64,000 bases of DNA from Octopus vulgaris (lineage: Eukaryota). Below the pieces are notes generated by a model. It did no database searches and was not told where the DNA came from. It saw only the letters and a program-made list of their open reading frames with translations. This document shows, piece by piece, positions 55,286 through 64,000 of the stretch; position 1 is the stretch's first letter, and each line of letters opens with the position of its first letter. Made by a program: the position numbers and the translations under genes. The stretch is taken from contig OX597830.1 in the NCBI GenBank assembly GCA_951406725.2, positions 9,300,001 through 9,364,000 on the forward strand, read 5' to 3'.

Positions 55286-55729
55286 TAACTATAATTATAT
55301 ATATATATATTTACGATGGGTTTCTTTCAGGTTTCGTCTACCAAATCCACTGACAAGGCTTTGGTTGGGCCGAGGCTATAATAGAAGACACTTGCCCAAT
55401 GTGACACTTCTTCCCCTTCTCTACCTCCCTCTCACTCCCTTTATATCTGCCTCTCAACTTTATTTCAACCCAACAGCTATGTTTGCATAAGCTGGCGATC
55501 GCAGAGAAATCGAACCAGGGATCAGACTGGTGGCAGATTAATCCCTTAATCTCCTAGCATTACTCCCGATATATATGTCTGTATGTGTGTGCGTGCGTGC
55601 GCGCCTTGTGTTGTGTTTGTGTAGATGCGTCTGTACACACACATACACACATGAGGACATACAATGGTACACTCACATATATCTAAATCTATATCTGTCA
55701 ATCAATTTATATATCCATTTTACACATCT

Positions 55730-56097
<368 letters not shown>

Positions 56098-56479
56098 AAT
56101 TGTATCCATCTACTTCGATACAAGCCGAAACATTATCATTCGTACACTGCAGCTGATTACTTCATCTTGTCACATAATGGTCGTCTCATTATTTACCGTT
56201 CAGCAACGATCAATGAACAAGTTGAGATGATGCAACACCTATATATGTTATTATATTGTAATGTCGTACACTTATAAGACACTCATACTTTTCTCTATGT
56301 ATTAACCATTGTTAAACATTAAGTGAGAAGCAGGAGCATGGTGACCGGAAACTATTTCAGCCGAGACTTAGCAATATATTTTATGCGTACAAGTCAATAG
56401 AGGCGTGATTTTAGACGCTTTCTATTACGACATGGCTCTACTCTGCAGGCCTGTGTTCTTCTAGTACCCTCTCGAAAAC

Positions 56480-56527
<48 letters not shown>

Positions 56528-56654
56528 TACAAACATATATAGTTCATACATACTTACGTTCATAATACGCATCCAGGACATACACATATGCATACATACG
56601 CTGACATACACATATACCTATATATATATATACATATATATACATAAATATATA

Positions 56655-56775
<121 letters not shown>

Positions 56776-58361
56776 ATATGTGTACGCAATGCAGTGTGAA
56801 CGAAGTAGCAGACATCATTTAACCCTACTGTGGGTTAAATAAGAATGTAAAGATGTTTTTTATGCTCTATATATTTATGTTTTATATGTAGAAAAAAATT
56901 AAGATCTCGGTATTATAAAGTAGACTATAACTATTCTTTATAAAAAACACAGACACGCAGACACACAGACAGACAGGGCACACACACAGACAGGGCACAC
57001 ACACACACACACGCACGAACACAAGTGTTGGAAATTGCAAGCGGTGTGTTATGATAGAGCTATCGAAGAATTTAATCAAGAAAAAAGCAAAAAGTCGTCT
57101 TGTTAGAGCTGCGTGACAAAGAAAGATGCGTTTTTACATCAGTATCTTAACGAATGGTTAAGACCCCCTTCGATCCCAAATAACCATCGGATTACAGCAA
57201 GAACGTTCGTTTCCCTCCGGTGCACAAGTCCAGGCGAGGTTGTTTATGGAAGGCCAGCAGTCGTCCATGCATACCAGCCTCCCCTCTCCACGCCACTGAT
57301 GTTATCCATGGGAAAGGCAAAGGCCGTTACAACTTGGCCGGTACATTTCTACAGCTGAATAAATTGGAGCAACGAGGAATACAGTGTCTTGCTCAAGAAC
57401 ACAACACACAGCCCGGTCCAGGAATCGGACTCACTACCTCAGGATTACGAAGAGTAAGAGATGAAATCAATGGCATATCGGAAAACTACACGGATCTTTC
57501 TCACGGGAATGAAACAGGAATTTCAGATATTTCTGGGTAATTGTAGGTGGGGAGGGCTACGTAGCCGTGCGCACATAATTAAAGCTGGATGTAGAAGCTA
57601 AAAGAGCAAGCGAAGATGGTTCGTTACACATCTACACAGAGGTCCGTTCTTAAATAATTGGGAAGGCTTAATTGATATAGAGTGCAATATCACAAGAAAT
57701 GTGAAATAATTCAGCCAAAAAAAAAAAAAAAAAGAAAACTCGCAACTCACTGTTTGTCTATGGAAGACGGAACTTCATCAGTACAAGTCACTATTTTCAG
57801 CTGCAATGACAGAAGTTTTTACACTGAGCATCTATGAAACAGAACATGTGCCGTAAGCGGGAGGTATTACGCTGTGTCTATACAGGAGTTCGAATTGCAA
57901 GTAAGGTAGACTTTGAAGAAGTGGATTTATCGGTAAAGGTGCAGTCGAGAAAACCATCTCGGTTGAGAAACAGCCGATAAGGTGATTCTGGGAAGTCTCA
58001 TGAGGGAACTCATAAATGATTGGAGATAATTTGTAGAAAATACATACAATTCGTTTATTTGTTCAAGGCGTTCTAAATGCGTGGGAAAATTTGGGGTGGC
58101 TTCGGTTATGCGAAGAATATAGAGGTACATGATGGATATATGTATAGAAATACTAATGTATGAACAGAACTGAGAAATTATAAAAGGTATATGAAAGGGG
58201 TGTATGAAAACAAGTCAGAAGTGGTTAAACACGAAAGAATATAAAATTCACTGAAATTGAAACCAATCTCAAGATCTCAAGGGAATCAGGGACGCTGATT
58301 GGGGTTTTTATGCTGGGTGTGTATTTATAAATATACATACATACATGCATGCATACAAACA

Positions 58362-58424
<63 letters not shown>

Positions 58425-59106
58425 GTATGTATATATATCTGTAGATGCGTGTGTGTGCCTATGTATTTATGTACGTGTGTATATTATGATCTCTCTCTCT
58501 CTCTCTCACATTTATACTCAAGCATATATATATACACACACAGACGATATGTATATGGGCACACGGACATATTACATATGCATATGTGTAATTGCACATA
58601 CTCTCACACTTGTTTGAACAGTCGAATATTTACACAGAGAATCTTATACTGATGTCTCTGCGTAAACGAACTTACGTGTATGCCTACACACATGCGACCG
58701 CGTATGTCTGCGTGCATGTATGTCTGTGTATAGACTTGTGTGTGTGTGTGTGCACAAATAACAGTTTATACAGGTGCTTGTATAAACACATTCAGCAGTA
58801 TGTTTAAAGTGCTGGTCTATAAAAATTGTTACTACATCAAGTTTAACGTTTTAGTGCTTGTGTCATTTAATGTGTTCACGTGAAGGAGTTGGTAACAACG
58901 ACAGGGTTTCTACACTTGTCGATAGATATGGGTGAGTGTATATACATGCGAGTGAGTGTATATACATGCGGGTGAGTGTATATATATCCACTGAGGATGT
59001 GACCAGTCTTAACGACAGATGAGAAGACATCATAAGCTGAAGTTAAACAAATGAAGAAATTCGACACACACCCTTACACATAAATCGTCTCTGAGTATAT
59101 ATATAC

Positions 59107-59180
<74 letters not shown>

Positions 59181-59786
59181 GTATGTATGTATGTATGTAT
59201 GCATGTATGTATGTATGTATGTATGTATGTATGTATGTATGTATGTATGTATGTATGTATGTATGTATGTGTGTGTGTATGTCTGTCTGTATGTATGTAT
59301 GTATGTATGTATGTATGTATGCATGTATACATGTATGCATGTATGTATGTATGCTTATATGCACTTTTGTATGTATGTGTGTATATATGTAGGTATGCAT
59401 GCTTGTATGCGTATATGTAGATATATGTATGTAAATATAGATATATACATGTATACGTATATACGTACATATATGTATACTTTCTCTCTGACATATATAT
59501 CGTTCTTTATGTAATAAACTTTGTATGTAGATATGGATGTAATGTATAAATATGCGAATGTGCATATGTATATATATATATGTATGTATAAATATATATA
59601 TATATATTATATGATAAACATACTATAATAATGCATATATAACAATATATAAGGACTTCCTTCTACTTCTCTATGGGTGTGTATATACATATATAGCTTA
59701 ACGTACATACACATATATAATGTGTATATCTTTGTGTGTGTATGTATGTGTATGTGTGTCCTTATACATACAATATATATATATAA

Positions 59787-59833
<47 letters not shown>

Positions 59834-60651
59834 TACATATGTATGCATATATTCACATATATGTATTTATATATATACATATATTCATATATATATATAT
59901 ACATATGTTCATATATATATGTGTGTGTGTGTGTGTGCATAAAACATGAACCCAGTTCGTTCCGGAAGTGACATCATTGAGTTTCTCTTTGATGACAGTC
60001 CCGCCACACGTGTTTCTTTCCCTTTCAAGCCATCTCGCTATTTCTTTTCTTCATCTCATTATTTTCTCATTCCACTTTCATTCCATTATTCAATCTCCCT
60101 CTCTATTCTTCCCCTCACAAGCTAACCCCTTAATTCTCCAACCTCTTCCCCGTCTCCTCCTTGTTTCCTATCTCGTCTATATAATATCTGCACAGAACAA
60201 TTTCTAGCTTTGTATGCAAAGTAAGATAGAGTTTAATTAGATTTTAAAACTTCTTTAAAAACAAGCCTTAAGCAAATAAACAACCACGTAAAACGCCATG
60301 TTTTCATAGACACACACATATACAAACATACAAATGTACATAGATACATAAATACATACAAATATGTATATCCACTCATTCTTTCATATATGCTCCCAAA
60401 CTTAAATACATACATTAATGCATCCTGCCACACCCCCACACACAAGTGTGTGCATGTACCCCCATCTCTCTCTCCCTATATATATGTATATGTATACACT
60501 TATATATCTATATATATTTATATATATATATTTATACCTATCTATCTCTATATATATTATGTATTTACATATGCATATACACATATACATATAAATGTAA
60601 GAGGGAAAAGGAATAGTTAGTTTTATTGCTATATATATATATATATATATT

Positions 60652-60718
<67 letters not shown>

Positions 60719-61129
60719 GGATGGGTACAGAGATGATGCGATATATAGATAGAGTGATGGAGGGATGGAACATAGATGTATCGACAAAAGTGTGTATGGA
60801 TTAATAGGTAGGCACACAAGTAGGTAGGTAGGTAGGTAGGTAAATAGATGGATAGATGGTGGGATGGTTAGGTACCCAGACACATGGATACACAGATTTT
60901 CAAACCGACAGATATAAAGATTGATAGATAAATAAGTACACCCCTCCATTACATAGGTAGATAGATACTTGTTTCGGTTCTTGTTGCAGTGTGTTCAGAT
61001 CCCATCAAGGTCAAATCTAGCATCCATTCTACTGAGGCCAATAAAAACAGTACCGCTCCAGGGTGATAGTAGAATTAAGGAATTGCTCGGATGTTGGTTA
61101 AAATTCATCGCACTATTTGTTCCGGTTAA

Positions 61130-61312
61130 GGAGGTGAGTTAGCGGAAGAAAATACTTTGAGGCATTTCGTTCGTCTTTACGTTCTGAGTTCAAATACCGC
61201 TGAGAGCGACTTTGCCTTTCATGTCTAAGGCGTCCATAAAATAAGGACTAGGTGGTCACTGGGGTTGTTGTAATCGACTTTACTGCCCCTCTTTTAAATT
61301 GCGGGTCTTGTA
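61130..61312 (+). mobile_element. Diverged family B SINE
   Basis: GTTCTGAGTTCAAAT...GACTTTGCCTTTCAT. Confidence 0.7.
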
Positions 61313-62228
61313 CCATTGGCAAGGCCAAAGAAGGCCGAAATCACGTGATCTGCTTGTCCCAGCATTGATAGCTGACGACTATTTCCCGCTAGTATTTAAA
61401 CATGACTGCTTCCCTGATAAATAATGCACTATTCTGTATTCTAGCACAACATCCACTTTTAAGTAAGAATAAATAATAATAATTCTGTTTTTGTCGCTAT
61501 TAATTATATACTTATACATATACATACCTACCTACATACATACATGCATAAACACAGACATATGCATGACAATACATACATAAAACAAATCATACAGATC
61601 TGTGCATATATATATATATACACACACATAGAGTAGTGTTACAACAACGCACCAATGTTTACCGGAAACAGCAGTCGATACAGTTACGACGCTATAGTAA
61701 ACCTTCAATGTGTGTATACCGGCAAAGACGTGTGGGCGCAGCAAACACGAAAGATTTTGTCTTACTTCTAGGAAGAACATTAGATATATGGACAACCCTG
61801 TTGTTGTTGAAATTCCAGTGAAAAAGCCTTGTATCTAGGTTAGAAACCGGCTCTTTCTCTATTGGCATGAAATCTTGAAATAAAACTGAACAATGACATG
61901 TATAAATTGAAAATTTTCGTGTTGGGTATGTTCCTGGTAGTATGCCAGAGAAGAACGTGAGTTAAGTACGGAGCTTAATATGAAATTAAATAAACGACAA
62001 GCAAACAAGAACTACGCAGTCAACTTCATTAGCTTACAGTTGTTTCTGCTGTAGAAACCTAAGAGGTGAGTGCTTGAGCATCACCTTAGAGCTTACTCGG
62101 AGCTTCAAGAAGCAGGTGTAAGCTGCTGATGTTAATTAGGTAATTCCTCTTCCCTTCTTTTAATTTTGCCATATATATATATTTATACATAAAGACACAC
62201 GCACACACACACACACGCGCGCACACAC

Positions 62229-62284
<56 letters not shown>

Positions 62285-63092
62285 GGAACAAAAACGCAAT
62301 AAAGGGAAATGAAACATTCGGACAGATGGACGATACAAAGGCGGACAGGAAAAACAACAATTAGAAGGACAGGTAAAAAAGGACGGGTCATTCGTGACTT
62401 TCTTTCGTCAGTCAAGTTACCAGATGTCCTTACAGTTTCGAGCGGTTACACTTGAGACTTTTCCACAAAAAGTGGAAGCTAAGAGCATTTGATTTTCTGT
62501 AAGATAGCAAGCGAAAGTGTACAACAAAGAGAAAAAAAATGGAGAAGATGGCACACAGTTACAAAATAAACAACATGAATATGAGAACAGGTGTCTTTCG
62601 ACTGAGGACAAATCAAATTGTGCTGGCGTGTATAGAGTGAAAGATTTACGGCAGGAATATAGGAGATGGCCATAAGGGGTGTTGGCGGTTGGCTGTCAGG
62701 CCAAGGAAGAAAGTTCATGGCTGGCCGAACACCGGTCACGTGGAAGGAGGAGAGAGGGGTAGGGGGCAGCGGGATTGAAGGATTAGAAGAAAATGAAAGA
62801 AACAAAGAGAAAGGTACAGTGGATATAAATGAGCGTACATATACTCTAATTCATATGCTGAGTGCTGTTTTCTAGCGTTTTCTTACAGTAGAACAGCCAA
62901 CACTACAAGTCAGGGGCGTCAATATATTTTGTCCCTTAAAATCGAATGCAGCAATTTTACCATCGCATTATCTTCATATGGAGTTCTTTGACAAACACCA
63001 GAGAGAAACTAATGCTACAAAAGTCGCAATAGATTTAGAAAAAACAAAACAGCGACAGTTTTGTACACACACACACACACACATGTATGTAC

Positions 63093-63138
<46 letters not shown>

Positions 63139-63142
<4 letters not shown>

Positions 63143-63393
63143 CATAAGGGACCAGCCATCTGAATATGGCTAGGGACAGGGCGGGGTGGTGGGGGTGTTA
63201 CTGTTGCATTTAGCCCCAGGCGAACATCGACGTCACCAGATAGGCCCGACACCGTCACGGTGTCCTTTAACCTGACGGTGTCGGGCCTATCTGGTGACGT
63301 CGATGTTCGCCTGGGGCTAAATGCAACAGTAACACCCCCACCACCCTGCCCTGTCCCTAGCCATATTCAGATGGCTTTAGTCCCTTATGTTAT
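63139..63393. repeat. Near-perfect GC-rich palindrome, about 119-bp arms, 15-nt spacer
   Basis: 63139-63257 versus 63273-63393; (TA)n on the left and about 45 bp to the right. Confidence 0.92.
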
Positions 63394-63435
63394 CGAGCAG
63401 TTACTGTCTATATCTCTTTTAGAGATTTATTATTG

Positions 63436-63501
<66 letters not shown>

Positions 63502-63692
63502 TATACATTATATATATATGTATATATATATACACACATACATATTATAAATTATATATATATACAGAAGTGTGTACATATGCATACAAACATACAAGTA
63601 TCTGTTATCGTTTACTTGCATCAGTCATTTGGCTACGGCCATTCTGGAGCACCACCTTGAGGAATTTTTAGACAAATAACTCGAACCCAGTG

Positions 63693-63801
<109 letters not shown>

Positions 63802-63850
63802 CTATAGATATCTTTTGTACAAACACATTTTTCTTTGACACAAATATTTT

Positions 63851-63923
<73 letters not shown>

Positions 63924-64000
63924 CTTTGGGAATGTGAATAAGTGCTTATGCATGTGTGTCTCCAGCACGAAACCAACAAGAAATGCTAATTTATAATTCA

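Noticed and set aside
57560-58200. Purine-rich stretch possibly derived from a LINE ORF1
   Set aside because: No motif I can identify with confidence; multiple stops.
61322-61352. GGCC-loop-GGCC-GAAA-TCACGTGA-TC, like a hammerhead 3' half (or an E-box)
   Set aside because: No CUGANGA box upstream and no stem I; could be chance.

Overview
Eukaryotic, very AT- and microsatellite-rich, gene-poor DNA. The SINE and microsatellite repertoire is what I recognise from Octopus (cephalopod) genomes (an inference). No intact host gene is visible, and almost all ORF-track entries are translations of simple repeats. The window holds four tRNA-derived SINE families, decayed LINEs (four R4/Dong-clade RLE fragments, one RTE, one L1/Tx1), several Tc1/mariner (including DD37D maT) remnants, a hAT MITE with a perfect 8-bp TSD, a complete non-autonomous Helitron and a Helentron-type element. 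The most interesting signal is a set of small, unrelated, microsatellite-anchored elements carrying type-I hammerhead ribozyme (HHR) folds. Canonical CUGANGA/GAAA/NUH cores occur at 17.6/17.9, 39.6 and 49.0 kb, a G3:C8 compensatory variant at 41.4-41.5 kb, and CCGANGA variants elsewhere. Most lie about 75-110 nt upstream of a (TA)n-type tract, and several sit in near-perfect palindromes that place a ribozyme on both strands. This fits Penelope-like element termini or retrozyme-like non-autonomous elements. All folds were read by eye and are untested.
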